In this document: in pieces, positions 51,144-61,595 of the stretch
Layout of the letters: each line of letters starts with the position of its first letter
Position numbering within the stretch: the stretch's first letter is position 1
NCBI GenBank assembly: GCA_963716585.1
Contig: CAVQTN010000004.1
Coordinates: 371,993 to 435,992 of the forward strand
Reading direction: 5' to 3'
DNA length: 64,000 nt
Source of the DNA: an uncultured Chloroflexia bacterium
GTDB lineage: Bacteria; Chloroflexota; Limnocylindria; QHBO01
Program-made: the position numbers and the translations under genes
The notes under the pieces: model-generated
What the model saw: the letters and a program-made list of their open reading frames with translations, nothing else
What the model was told of the DNA's origin: nothing
The model's database searches: none

Positions 51144-51836
51144 TTATGGGCCTCGGTCGGGCGAACCCATGAGGGGGTCCCTGTCCTCCATCTCCCAGGC
51201 GTGATCGAGTGCATGGAAGGCGATATGCCGGATCAGGAATGGCATCGTCCAGCTGCTGCGGCCGGCCAGCTTGCCCTCGGCGTTGTGTTCGCGGATGGCG
51301 GTGAGGAATTGCGCTCGGAATGCTTGGCGGCCGGCGAGCGTGAGCAGCTCCTCCGTAGGGGCGGAGGCGCCGAGCCGCCTGGCGAAGTCGCTCCCCTCGT
51401 TGGCGAGAACGTGGCGAATGATCTCGTCGCGGTCACGGCCTCCACCGCGCGCGCCCTTCTCCAATTCGGAGGTGACCGCCGCGGCGACCCCATCGAAGAA
51501 CCTCCACGCCGCCTGGAGCAGCGCGAGCTTGCGTTCCAGCTCGTCCTCCGGCATCCGGCCCTTTTCGAACGACGATGCGGCGAAGGAGATGCCCCAGAAG
51601 TCGGTGGATCCGACGCCGACGTGATCCTCGACGATTTCGACGTCCCCGGCCGCGTCGAATTCCGATTCGAGCCCCGCCATGCGGGCGACGGGCCGATAGC
51701 GGTCCCGGTACGCCTCGAAGGTTTCGAGCGCTGCCTGCGGCGTCTTGGCGCCGCGGCTCCAGCCCGGCCAGTCGATCGCGAAGGCGGCGGTCTTCTTGTC
51801 TTTGGGTCCGTGCTGGATGACGGTGCGGATGGCCAT
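51144..51836 (-). CDS. Conserved hypothetical protein (DinB-like C-terminus possible)
   Basis: AFAIDWPGWSRGAKT...RHVLANE...RHIAFHALDHAWEMEDR; TATCCT-6nt-ATG 51836. Confidence 0.75.
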   Translation of the reverse strand: MAIRTVIQHGPKDKKTAAFAIDWPGWSRGAKTPQAALETFEAYRDRYRPVARMAGLESEFDAAGDVEIVEDHVGVGSTDFWGISFAASSFEKGRMPEDELERKLALLQAAWRFFDGVAAAVTSELEKGARGGGRDRDEIIRHVLANEGSDFARRLGASAPTEELLTLAGRQAFRAQFLTAIREHNAEGKLAGRSSWTMPFLIRHIAFHALDHAWEMEDRDPLMGSPDRGP

Positions 51837-51939
51837 GCGGTCAGGATAATCGGTCAAACCTGACACTCACCGGCAGGATTGCGAGCCGGCGTCGGCCGAT
51901 GAGAAATCGCGGTCGCATCGGTCTAGAATGGCGAGCCCC

Positions 51940-52872
51940 ATGAGCAGCAGCCCCTCCCTCGTCCATGCCCGCGACCTGACGAAGCGCTTCGACGCGTTCA
52001 CCGCCGTCGATGCGATCAGCTTCGACGTGCAGCCGGCAGAGTCCTTTGGCTTCCTGGGTCCGAACGGGGCCGGCAAGACGAGCACCATGCGCATGATTGC
52101 CTGCTCCTCGCCGGTCAGCGACGGAGAGCTGAGCGTCATCGGCATGAACCCACGGACGCAGGCACGCGAGATCAAGGCCCGCCTGGGCGTGGTGCCGCAG
52201 ATCGACAACCTGGACACCGAGCTCACGGTGCGCGAGAACCTCGAGATGTACGCACGCTACTTCGACATCCCGCGCGACGTGGCACGCAAGCGTGCCGACG
52301 AGCTCCTCGAGTTCGTCCAGCTCGACGAACGTGCAACCGACAAGGTCGAGCCTCTCTCCGGCGGCATGAAACGGCGATTGACGATCGCCCGGGCACTCAT
52401 CAACGAACCCGACCTGGTCATCTTCGACGAGCCGACGACCGGCCTGGATCCCCAGGCGCGCCATCTGCTCTGGGATCGCCTCTACCGGCTGAAGCAGCGC
52501 GGCGCAACGCTGATCATCACCACGCATTACATGGACGAGGCCGAGCAGCTCTGCGATCGGCTCGTCGTCATGGACAAGGCGCACATCGTGGCCGAGGGAT
52601 CACCGCGCCAGCTGATCGACCAGCACAGCTCGCGAGAGGTGCTCGAGCTGCGGCTGGCGGACGGCGTGCGTGCCTCGCTGAACGGCAAGCTGGACGGGCT
52701 CGCCGAGCGGGTCGAGGACCTGCCGGACCGGGTCCTGATCTACACAGACGACGGCGAGCGGACGCTTGAGGAGATCAACCGGCGCCACATCCCGGTCGAG
52801 GGAACGCTGGTGCGCCGCTCGTCGCTGGAGGATGTCTTCCTGCGTCTGACCGGCCGCTCGCTGGTGGAGTGA
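51940..52872 (+). CDS. ABC transporter ATP-binding protein (NodI/DrrA-like)
   Basis: [36 protein letters not shown]; start at 51940 (or 51928). Confidence 0.95.
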   Translation: MSSSPSLVHARDLTKRFDAFTAVDAISFDVQPAESFGFLGPNGAGKTSTMRMIACSSPVSDGELSVIGMNPRTQAREIKARLGVVPQIDNLDTELTVRENLEMYARYFDIPRDVARKRADELLEFVQLDERATDKVEPLSGGMKRRLTIARALINEPDLVIFDEPTTGLDPQARHLLWDRLYRLKQRGATLIITTHYMDEAEQLCDRLVVMDKAHIVAEGSPRQLIDQHSSREVLELRLADGVRASLNGKLDGLAERVEDLPDRVLIYTDDGERTLEEINRRHIPVEGTLVRRSSLEDVFLRLTGRSLVE

Positions 52873-52876
52873 AGCG

Positions 52877-53650
52877 GTGAGCCTGGCGCCCGCGTCGCGC
52901 GTCTTCGTCCGCAACTGGCTTGTCTACAAGCGCATATGGCATCGCAGCATCTTCTTCGGCTTCCTGCAGCCGTTCATGTTCCTGTCGGCGATGGGGATCG
53001 GCATGGGCTCGCTGCTGGCCAACAACCCGCGCGCCTTCGGCGGCCTGACCTACCTCCAGTTCCTTGGCCCCGGCCTGCTGGCCGCGAGCGCCATGCAGCT
53101 GGCGACCTTCGAATCCACCTACCCGATCATGAACAAGATCATGTGGGGGCGGAACTACGAGGCCATGCTGTCGACGCCGCTCGGCACGCGCCACATCCTG
53201 CTGGGCGAGATTGGCTGGATCAGCTTCCGGCTGGCGACCATCGCCACGGTGTTCATGATCGTGCTGTGGCTGATGGGCGTGACGGCGACGCCACTGGCGG
53301 TGCTGGCCATCCCGGTGGCGGTGCTGTGCGGGCTGGGCTTCTCGTCGGCGCTGATCGCGTTCACCACGACCCAGCAGAACGACCTGGGCTTCAGCTGGAT
53401 CTTCCGCTTCGTGATCAACCCGCTGTTCCTGTTCAGTGGCACGTTCTTCCCGCTGACACAGATGCCGCAGGCAGTCCTGGTGGTGGCGTGGGCTACCCCG
53501 CTGTTCCATGCCGTGGAGCTCATCCGCGGTCTGACGCTCAACCGCCTCGACCCGGTGACCGCCCCACTGCACCTTGCCTACCTGCTCGCGTTCGCGGGGA
53601 TCTGCATCTGGCTGGCCGATGCCGGGCTGGCCCGCCGGATGGCCAGGTAA
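52877..53650 (+). CDS. ABC-2 type permease (NodJ-like)
   Basis: Six TM helices, FLGPGLLAASAM, PLFLFSGTFFPL. Confidence 0.92.
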   Translation: MSLAPASRVFVRNWLVYKRIWHRSIFFGFLQPFMFLSAMGIGMGSLLANNPRAFGGLTYLQFLGPGLLAASAMQLATFESTYPIMNKIMWGRNYEAMLSTPLGTRHILLGEIGWISFRLATIATVFMIVLWLMGVTATPLAVLAIPVAVLCGLGFSSALIAFTTTQQNDLGFSWIFRFVINPLFLFSGTFFPLTQMPQAVLVVAWATPLFHAVELIRGLTLNRLDPVTAPLHLAYLLAFAGICIWLADAGLARRMAR

Positions 53651-53654
53651 GCCG

Positions 53655-54479
53655 GTGACCACCGACCTCAGGGGCGCCACACAGCGCGGCCTCTTCTCGG
53701 TGGCGGGTGCCCGCATCTGGCGCTCGCGCCGCCTCGTCGAGCGCAACGTGATGGTCTACCGGCATCAGTGGATCGTGATCCTGTCGGGGGTCATGGAGCC
53801 GGTCTTCTACCTGTTCGGCATCGGGCTCGGGCTGGGCGGCCTGATCCAGGGCGTGCCGCTGCCCGACGGGCGCGAGATCAGCTACGCGGCCTACGTCGCG
53901 CCCGCACTGCTGGCCACCGCGGCCATGAACGGGGCGGTCTTCGAGACCATCTTCAACGTCTTCTTCCGGCTCAACTACGCCAAGACATACGACGGCATCC
54001 TGGCCACGCCCATGGGGATCTCGGAGATCGCCCTCGGCGAGATGATGTGGGCGCTCATGCGCTCGCTGCTGTACAGCGTGAGCATGCTGCTGATCATGTG
54101 GGGCATGGGGCTGATCCTGTCGCCCTGGGCGCTGCTCGCCTTCCCGGCGGCGCTGCTGATCTCCGCCGCCTTCGCGGCGGCCGGCCTGGCGGGCACCTCG
54201 TTCCTGCGCACCGTGCAGGACTTCGACATCCCGATGGGCCTCATCGTCCAGCCGATGTTCCTGTTCAGCGGCACCTTCTTCCCGATCACCGTCTATCCCC
54301 TGCCGATCCAGGTGTTCATGGAGCTGACCCCGCTGTACCACTCGATCAACCTGGTGCGCGGCCTGACCATCGGCGCGCTGAGCGTCAACCAGCTGTGGGA
54401 TCTCGCCTACCTGCTCGTCTTCTTCGCGGCGATGATGTGGATCGCCATGAACCGCATGGAGAAGCGGCTCATCAAGTAG
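53655..54479 (+). CDS. ABC-2 type permease (NodJ-like)
   Basis: YAAYVAPALLATAAM, PMFLFSGTFFPI; GTG 53655. Confidence 0.92.
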   Translation: MTTDLRGATQRGLFSVAGARIWRSRRLVERNVMVYRHQWIVILSGVMEPVFYLFGIGLGLGGLIQGVPLPDGREISYAAYVAPALLATAAMNGAVFETIFNVFFRLNYAKTYDGILATPMGISEIALGEMMWALMRSLLYSVSMLLIMWGMGLILSPWALLAFPAALLISAAFAAAGLAGTSFLRTVQDFDIPMGLIVQPMFLFSGTFFPITVYPLPIQVFMELTPLYHSINLVRGLTIGALSVNQLWDLAYLLVFFAAMMWIAMNRMEKRLIK

Positions 54480-54487
54480 CAGTCTTT

Positions 54488-55084
54488 TCAGTGACGACCG
54501 GTCAGGATCGGAAGCGCCCCGCGCAGGTAGTCCCCGGCCGATGCCAGGGTCAGCAGCAGGGCGACCACCATCAGCCAGAACCCGATGGCGTGCAGCGCCG
54601 CACCCATGCCCAGCGCCGATATCGGTCCGCCGGTCCGCGCATCGAAGGCAAGCAGCAGGACGGCCATGGCCGACAGCGTCGCGAGCGTCTTGGCCTTACC
54701 CAGCGCCCTTGCCGCGATGACCACGTCGGCCGAGGCCGCCAGCTGACGAACCCCTGCAATCACCAGCTCACGGATGAGGATGGTGGCCACGATCCAGGTC
54801 GGCAGCAGCGAGGTCTCGACCATGGCCACCAGCACGCCCACGACCAGCACCTTATCGGCGGTGAGATCCATGAACACGCCGAGCGGCGACACCTGGCCGC
54901 GCGCCCGCGCGATGCGCCCGTCGAGCGAGTCGGTGGTGGCCGCCAGGGCGAAGATGGCAAAGGCGATCAAGCCGGCGCCCGGAAACGGCAGCAGCAGCAG
55001 CGCGATGACGACCGGCGTCAGGGCGATGCGCAGGACGCCCAGCAGGTTGGGCAGCGAGGTCAGGTGCGCTCCGGCGTTGCTCAT
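54488..55084 (-). CDS. pgsA: CDP-diacylglycerol--glycerol-3-phosphate 3-phosphatidyltransferase
   Basis: LPNLLGVLRI, DSLDGRIARARGQVSPLGVFMDLTADK (CDP-alcohol motif), LGKAKT. Confidence 0.92.
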   Translation of the reverse strand: MSNAGAHLTSLPNLLGVLRIALTPVVIALLLLPFPGAGLIAFAIFALAATTDSLDGRIARARGQVSPLGVFMDLTADKVLVVGVLVAMVETSLLPTWIVATILIRELVIAGVRQLAASADVVIAARALGKAKTLATLSAMAVLLLAFDARTGGPISALGMGAALHAIGFWLMVVALLLTLASAGDYLRGALPILTGRH

Positions 55085-55719
55085 CCGCCAGCTTCCCGCC
55101 GGCCGAGCCTGCGTTCGGTACCGGCTCGCAGCCGCCGGATGTTGTCGGCGTGTGCCCAGAGCACGAGTGCGCCGGCCCCAACGGCGTAGCCAATGGCTGC
55201 CGGCGTCGCAGCGCCCAGGACCAGGAGGACCGCGACCACCAGTGGGCCGGTCACGGCCGCGCTCACCGACCCGAGGGAGACGTAGCGCCAGCGCCAGACG
55301 ATGAGCGCAACCATCGGGGCCAGCACGAGCAGCGACCATGGCGCCATGCCGAGCAGCCCGCCGGTCGAGGTCGCCACGCCGCGCCCGCCGGCAAAGCCGA
55401 TGAAGACCGACCAGATGTGCCCCACGACGGCACCCACTCCCGCGAGCGCGGCGACCCACTCGGTCCAGCCCGTGTCGCCCGCCCACAGCCAGCGCGCCAG
55501 CAGCACCGCGGCAAGGCCCTTCGCGAGGTCGAGCACGAAGACCAGTGCCGCCCCGCCCAGGCCGAGCGTGCGTAGGGCGTTCGTCGTTCCGGTGCGCCCC
55601 GAGCCGGCGGACCGCGGGTCGACGCCTCCGTAGAGCCGCGCCACGATCACGCCGACCGGCAGCGCACCCAGCGCGTACCCGACCACCCCCCAGCCGAGCG
55701 CCGCAAGCGGTCCATCCAC
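55081..55719 (-). CDS. plsY: Glycerol-3-phosphate acyltransferase PlsY
   Basis: GYALGALP, GSGRTGTTNALR, DLAKG, GHIWSVF..FAGGRGVAT, HADNIRRLRAGTE. Confidence 0.93.
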   Translation of the reverse strand: MDGPLAALGWGVVGYALGALPVGVIVARLYGGVDPRSAGSGRTGTTNALRTLGLGGAALVFVLDLAKGLAAVLLARWLWAGDTGWTEWVAALAGVGAVVGHIWSVFIGFAGGRGVATSTGGLLGMAPWSLLVLAPMVALIVWRWRYVSLGSVSAAVTGPLVVAVLLVLGAATPAAIGYAVGAGALVLWAHADNIRRLRAGTERRLGRREAGG

Positions 55720-55729
55720 CTGCCGCTGG

Positions 55730-56056
55730 TCAGTGAGCGGCCGAGCGTCGCTGCATGAGCCGCAGGCCCACCGCCAGGGCGACCCATACCAGCGCCACGA
55801 TGACGCCCACGACGCTGGCCGCCAGCGGACCGTTGGACCACTCCAGCGAGAAGGCCATCAACCCGACCAGCAGCGCTCCGACCACGCTGACCAGGATGTA
55901 GCGCGACGTGAATGACAGGTCGCGGTTGGCGCGCGCCTCGGCGCGCCTGGCGCGCACCTTCTCCATCCGCACGCGCTGCGCGGGCGCGACCGGCAGGGCG
56001 TACTTGTCCTGGTTCTTGTTCATGCGCTGGTAGGCGCGACGCTCGGCACGTGACAT
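55730..56056 (-). CDS. Small hypothetical membrane protein (basic N-terminus, 2 TM)
   Basis: MSRAERRAY... followed by two hydrophobic helices; TAGACT upstream; same strand as plsY-pgsA. Confidence 0.75.
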   Translation of the reverse strand: MSRAERRAYQRMNKNQDKYALPVAPAQRVRMEKVRARRAEARANRDLSFTSRYILVSVVGALLVGLMAFSLEWSNGPLAASVVGVIVALVWVALAVGLRLMQRRSAAH

Positions 56057-56069
56057 GGGTCAGCAGAGT

Positions 56070-57452
56070 CTAGCCGCTGTGCTCGTCGTCGCGAACCGGC
56101 GGCCGTCGTCGCCCCGTCGAGCCCAGCGCGCTGTGAACATCCTCGACCTTGAGCTGGACCGGATCGGCACCGAACAGGGCCGTCAGCGCCCAGTCGATGG
56201 CGACGCGCACCTTGCGGTTGAAGCCCGGCACGCGCGACCAGTAGTAGCCGCGCCACATGAACCAGGCGAGCCAGCCGCGCACCTTGATGCCGAAGACGAC
56301 GCCGACGCCGGTGTGCGCGCCGATCGACGCCAGGGTGCCGATCGTCTCGTAGCGGAATGAGCGCAGCTCGCCGCCGTCGATGCGGGCCACGATGTTGTCG
56401 GCCAGCTGCTTCGCCTCGCGGACCGCGTTCTGGGCGGTCGGCCCGTACGCGCGCTGGCCGGGATCGTTGGGCTTGGGGATCCAGGCGCAGTCGCCGATGG
56501 CGAAGACGCCGGGCTCGCTGGTCTGCATGGTGACCTGCGTCACGGCACGGCCGCCCCTGTCGACCTCGACGCCGGATTCGCGGACGAGGGGCGCCGGCTT
56601 GACGCCCCCCGTCCAGATGACCGTGCGCGCCGGGATCACCTCTCCCTCGCCGACCACCACGTGGTCCTCTGCCACCTCCTTGATGGCCGTGTCGAGCATG
56701 ACCCGGTAGCCGCGCCGCACCAGGCGCTGGCGCGCGTACTCCCCCATCTCAGCCGGCATCTCGGGCAGCAGCCGCTCCTTGAGCTCGACCAGGCAGGCGC
56801 GCATCTCGCCCTCGGCGATCTTGGGGTAGTAGCGCTTCCTGACCCGATGGATGAAGTCCTCAATCTCGCCGGCGGTCTCGACGCCCGAGAAGCCGCCGCC
56901 GCCGACCACGAAGGTCAGCTGCGCCTGGCGCTCGGCCGGGTCGTCCTCGAGCTCGGCACGCTCGAGCATCTCGATGACTCGGTTGCGCAGGCTGAACGCA
57001 TCGGCCAGTGTCTTCATGCCGACCGCGTGCTCCTGCAGGCCCTTGATGCCGAACGTCGCGGTCTCGCCACCCAGCGCCAGCACCAGGGTGTCGTACCTGA
57101 GCCGATGCAGGTCGCCGTCGCCGCCCAGCACGCTGACCAGCCGCTCGCCCAGTTCGATCTTCTGAACCTCGGCCGTGATCGCCCACGAGCTGGGCCGATG
57201 CAGCATGGCGCGCAGCGGCATGACCACGTGCCGCGGCTCCAGGACGCCCGAACAGACTTCCGGCAGCAGCGGCGTGAAGAGCATGAAATTCTCGCGGCTG
57301 ACGACCCAGATCTCGACATCGGTGCGCCGCCGCAGCCGCTTCTCGAGCACCTGCGCGGTCTGGATCCCGGCGAAGCCGCCGCCCAGGATCAGCACACGAT
57401 GCGGCGCCGCTCGACCGGGAAGCGGGGCTGGAGCGGAGATCGGGGTCGCCAT
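56070..57452 (-). CDS. ndh: Type II NADH dehydrogenase-like FAD oxidoreductase
   Basis: ILGGGFAG, FTPLLPEV, VVGGGFSGVE, FAIGDCA, PTAQNAVR; RBS GGAGG before ATG 57452. Confidence 0.92.
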   Translation of the reverse strand: MATPISAPAPLPGRAAPHRVLILGGGFAGIQTAQVLEKRLRRRTDVEIWVVSRENFMLFTPLLPEVCSGVLEPRHVVMPLRAMLHRPSSWAITAEVQKIELGERLVSVLGGDGDLHRLRYDTLVLALGGETATFGIKGLQEHAVGMKTLADAFSLRNRVIEMLERAELEDDPAERQAQLTFVVGGGGFSGVETAGEIEDFIHRVRKRYYPKIAEGEMRACLVELKERLLPEMPAEMGEYARQRLVRRGYRVMLDTAIKEVAEDHVVVGEGEVIPARTVIWTGGVKPAPLVRESGVEVDRGGRAVTQVTMQTSEPGVFAIGDCAWIPKPNDPGQRAYGPTAQNAVREAKQLADNIVARIDGGELRSFRYETIGTLASIGAHTGVGVVFGIKVRGWLAWFMWRGYYWSRVPGFNRKVRVAIDWALTALFGADPVQLKVEDVHSALGSTGRRRPPVRDDEHSG

Positions 57453-57546
57453 CGGTCCTCCACGATACCCGTTTCCGGCCCTCGGGCCATCCGCCGCCGG
57501 CTGACCGCGCGGCGCCCGATCGCATCGGTCTGTACCATGAGGGCCA

Positions 57547-60251
57547 ATGGCCACCCCGATGCATGACGTCTTCGACCAGTTCAAGCAGCAGCTGCCCGAC
57601 ATCGACCCGACCGAGACCCAGGAATGGATCGACTCGCTCGATGCGATTGTTCAGCAGGCAGGGCCGGATCGGGCCCGATACATCATCTACAAGCTGCTCA
57701 AGCGCGCGCGACAGCTGCAGGTCGGTTTGCCGCCGCTGACCCAGACGCGCTACATCAATACGATCTCGCCCGAGCAGGAGCCCTACTTCCCGGGCGACGA
57801 GGCGATGGAGCTGCGCATCCGGCGCATGATCCGCTGGAACGCCCTCGCCATGGTGCTGCGCGCCAACACGAAGTACGACGGCATCGGCGGGCACCTGTCC
57901 ACGTACGCCAGCGCGGCCAGCCTGTACGAGGTCGGCTTCAACCACTTCTTCCGCGGACCGGACGCGCCCGGCGGCGGCGACCAGGTCTACTTCCAGGGCC
58001 ACGCGGCCCCCGGCTTCTACGCGCGGGCATTCCTGGAGGGACGCCTCACCGAGGAGAACCTCGACCACTTCCGTCGCGAGGCGCTGACCCCCGACCTGGG
58101 CCTCAGCTCCTATCCGCACCCACGGCTGATGCCGAACTTCTGGCAGTTCCCAACGGTGAGCATGGGCATCGGCCCGATCAACGCCATCTACCAGGCGCGC
58201 TTCAGCCGCTACCTCGCCGCCCGCGGCTTTGCCGACACGTCGGATCAACGCATCTGGGGCTTCCTTGGCGACGGCGAGATGGACGAGCCGGAGTCGGTCG
58301 CCGGGTTGAGCCTGGCGGCGCGCGAGGGGCTCGACAACCTGATCTTCGTCGTCAACTGCAACCTGCAGCGGCTGGACGGGCCGGTGCGTGGCAACGGCAA
58401 GATCATCCAGGAGCTTGAGTCGATCTTCCGCGGCGCGGGCTGGAACGTGATCAAGGTCATCTGGGCGCGCGAGTGGGACGACCTGCTGGCCCGCGACAAG
58501 GACGGCGTGCTGCTGGCCAAGATGAACGAGACGCTCGACGGCGATTACCAGAAGCTGTCCGTGGCCGATGGCGCCTACATCCGCGAGCACTTCTTCGGCC
58601 CGGATCCGCGCCTCAAGGCGATGGTCGAGCACCTCTCCGACGACGACCTGCGCAAGCTGCGCCGTGGCGGCCACGACTACCGCAAGGTGTACGCCGCCTA
58701 CGCCGCCGCCGTGGCGCACACGGGCTCGCCGACGGTGATCCTGGCCAAGACAGTCAAGGGCTGGACGCTCGGCCCAGGTGTCGAGGGACGCAACGTCACG
58801 CACCAGGCCAAGAAGCTGACCCTGGACGAGCTGAAGATCTTCCGCGACCGCCTGGAGCTGCCGATTCCCGACGAGCAGCTCAAGGAGGCGCCGTACTACC
58901 GCCCCGGTCCGGACTCGCCCGAGATCCAGTACATGCTCGAGCGCCGTCGCCAGCTGGGCGGTTCGCTGCCACAGCGCGTGGTGCGCCCCAAGCCACTCCC
59001 GAACGCCGGCGACGCGGCGTACGACGAGCTCTTCGCAGGATCGGACCGGCCGGCCAGCACGACCATGGCCTTCAGCAGGCTGATCCGCAACCTGACCCGC
59101 GACAAGCAGATCGGATCGCGCATCGTCCCCATCATTCCCGATGAGGCGCGGACCTTCGGCATGGATGCCCTCTTCAAGGAGATCGGCATCTACAACCCGC
59201 TCGGCCAGCAGTACACCGCGGTCGACAAGGAGCTGTTGCTGTCGTACGTCGAGAAGACCGACGGCCAGATCATGGAGGAGGGCATCACCGAGGCCGGCGC
59301 CATGGCCAGCTTCACCGCCGCGGCGACGAGCTATGCCGTGCACGGTGAGCCGATGATCCCGTTCTTCATCTACTACTCGATGTTCGGCTTCCAGCGCATC
59401 GGCGACCTGATCTGGGCCGCCGGCGACGCGCGGGCACGCGGCTTCCTGCTGGGCGCCACCGCCGGACGCACCACGCTGACCGGTGAGGGGCTGCAGCACG
59501 ACGACGGACATAGCCATGTGCTGCTGAGCGTGGTGCCGAACGTTCTGGCCTACGACCCGGCCTTCGCCTATGAGCTGGCGATCGTGGTGCGCGAGGGCAT
59601 CCGGCGGATGTACGGCGAGCAGCCCGAGGACGTCTTCTACTACATCACCCTCTACAACGAGAACCTGGCCATGCCGGCCAAGCCGGAGGGGGTCGAGGAC
59701 GGCGTGCTGCGTGGCCTGTACCGGTTCAAGCCGGCCGAGAAGGGACCCGCAAGGTGCAGCTGGTGGGCTCGGGACCGATCCTGCACCAGGCGCTCGTCGC
59801 GCAGCAGATCCTGGCCGACAAGTTCGACATCGCGGCCGACGTGTGGAGCGCGCCGTCGTTCCAGCAGCTGCGCGACGACGCTCTGGCGGTCGAACGCTGG
59901 AACCGGCTGCATCCGGCGGCCGAGGCGCGCGTACCGTACGTGGTCCAGCAGCTCGGCTCGGCACCCGGACCGATCATCGCCGCCACCGACTATATGAAGA
60001 CCGTGCCCGACATGGTCGGCCGCTGGCTGGACCGTCCGGATCGCCCCTACACCGTCCTCGGAACCGATGGCTACGGCCGCAGTGACACGCGCGAGGCCTT
60101 GCGGACCTTCTTCGAGGTGAACGCAGAGCAGATCGCCTACGCCGCACTCCACGGACTATGCCTCACCGGCGAGGCAGGACGCGAGGAGCTCGAGCGAGCG
60201 ATCGGCGAGCTCGGGATCGATCCGGAGAAGCCGAACCCGACGCACGCCTAG
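57547..60251 (+). CDS. aceE: Pyruvate dehydrogenase E1, homodimeric AceE type; one missing base near 59748
   Basis: [53 protein letters not shown]; continues as [11 protein letters not shown]...[12 protein letters not shown] in the next frame. Confidence 0.95.
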
Positions 60252-60308
60252 GGCGCCGCGAGGGATGGCCGAGCGGAGGGTGGCCGACAGCCACGCGCTC
60301 GGGGGAGA

Positions 60309-60791
60309 TCAGCGCGATGCGGCGGAGGCGGTCAGCAGCTGGCGGCCGCAGATCGGGCAATAGCTGTCGTTCGAGCTGATCACGCTGCGGCAGCTGGCAC
60401 ATCGCGCGGGGGCCAGCGCGGCCGCGGCGACCCTCACGCCGATCCAGGCGGCGCGGGCGTTCCGCAACAGCGGTGAGCTGATCGCCGGCGCATCGGGCTG
60501 CGTCGGCACTCGCCGGACAGCCCGATAGCCCCGATACGACTGCGAGGCCAGGAAGCGCATCCGCGCGATGTCGTACTCGGCGCGGGTGAGCGGATCGGTC
60601 AGCAGGCCACGCACCGCGTTGACCACCTGCATCTCCTCGGTGGCGCGCGGCGAGCCGTTGAAATCGGGGTGGAACGTCCGCGCGAGCCGGCGGCAGGCTG
60701 CGATGATCTCGGCGCTCGTGGAGCGCGGATCGATCTGCAGTAGCCGGTAGACGTCTCGCTCGGGTGAGTACGGCAGCAGGCGGAGTTCCAT
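60309..60791 (-). CDS. J-domain protein with C-terminal zinc ribbon
   Basis: DVYRLLQIDP...FHPDFN...LTDPLTRAEYD, plus CASCR...YCPICG. Confidence 0.85.
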   Translation of the reverse strand: MELRLLPYSPERDVYRLLQIDPRSTSAEIIAACRRLARTFHPDFNGSPRATEEMQVVNAVRGLLTDPLTRAEYDIARMRFLASQSYRGYRAVRRVPTQPDAPAISSPLLRNARAAWIGVRVAAAALAPARCASCRSVISSNDSYCPICGRQLLTASAASR

Positions 60792-60931
60792 CGGTCCGGG
60801 CGCGATGGTACCTCACCGCCGTCGAGGCATGTGCGGTGTCAGTGCGCACCGGCCGGTCGTCGCAAAGCTCCGTCATGCAGCTGACCTTCGCCAGATTAGC
60901 AAGGTGGAATGCCGAAATGTGGATATTGGGT

Positions 60932-60960
60932 TTGACAATCCGAAACTCGCCACCTATCCT
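60932..60960 (+). promoter_or_regulatory. Near-consensus sigma70 promoter
   Basis: TTGACA (60932-37), 17 nt, TATCCT (60955-60). Confidence 0.8.
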
Positions 60961-61019
60961 GCGAAAGTCATGTACCGCATCGGAAGCTGTGGTTCAAGAA
61001 ACCTGAGGAGATACTGAAC

Positions 61020-61178
61020 ATGTTGGACTATCACATGCGCTTCGCGCAGTTGGTGACGGAGGATCATCTGCGGGACGCCGACCGCCGACGGAGTCAGGCA
61101 CGCCCTCGCGACGGCCAAGCGCGCCTCGTTCGGCTGGTCAAGGACCGCCCCGCAGGGCGCGAGCAGGACCGCCGCTAG
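61020..61178 (+). CDS. 52-aa small protein (not in the ORF track)
   Basis: RBS GAGGAG at about 61006-11; MLDYHMRFAQLVTEDHLRDADRRRSQARPRDGQARLVRLVKDRPAGREQDRR; its TAG abuts ATG 61179. Confidence 0.65.
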   Translation: MLDYHMRFAQLVTEDHLRDADRRRSQARPRDGQARLVRLVKDRPAGREQDRR

Positions 61179-61595
61179 ATGGCACGCGACGTCATCGCCA
61201 CCTGCCCTGTCTGCCAGGACGAGCTGGCCATCACCCGGCTGCACTGTCGAACCTGCGGGACGACGCTCGAGGGCGAGTTCAGCGTGGGGCGATTCGGTCA
61301 CCTGGGCCGCGAGCAGATGACCATCCTGGAGAGCTTCCTGCGCTCGCGCGGCAATCTGAAAGACATGGAGCGCGACCTCGGCATCTCCTACCCCACCGTT
61401 CGTGGCCGACTGGATGCGCTGGTGCGCGCCCTCGGCCTGGCGGACGGCGACGGGACCCATGAGCCGGGAGAGCCGACGGAGGCCAACGACGCACCGCTGA
61501 CCGACCGGCGCGCGATCCTCGAACGCCTGGCGAAGCGCGAGATCTCGGCCGAGGAGGCCGCCGCAGCCCTGCGGAAGCTGGGCGCGGACGCCTGA
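61179..61595 (+). CDS. DUF2089 family protein (zinc ribbon, HTH, SHOCT-like tail)
   Basis: CPVC..ELAITRLHCRTCGT.LEGEF, FLRSRGNLKDMERDLGISYPTVRGRLD, ILERLAKREISAEEA. Confidence 0.92.
   Translation: MARDVIATCPVCQDELAITRLHCRTCGTTLEGEFSVGRFGHLGREQMTILESFLRSRGNLKDMERDLGISYPTVRGRLDALVRALGLADGDGTHEPGEPTEANDAPLTDRRAILERLAKREISAEEAAAALRKLGADA

Noticed and set aside
34350-59760. Programmed ribosomal frameshifts in the CphA paralogue, lipB and aceE
   Set aside because: No slippery heptamer or stimulatory structure seen. These families are normally continuous, so indel error is more parsimonious.
56860-59964. 1034-aa minus-strand ORF, plus similar long ORFs at 34-1296, 13658-15499, 31289-33088, 42649-44289 and 44012-45901
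   Set aside because: Antisense or alternate-frame shadows of well-supported genes. High GC3 bias suppresses stops, and no family motifs are present.
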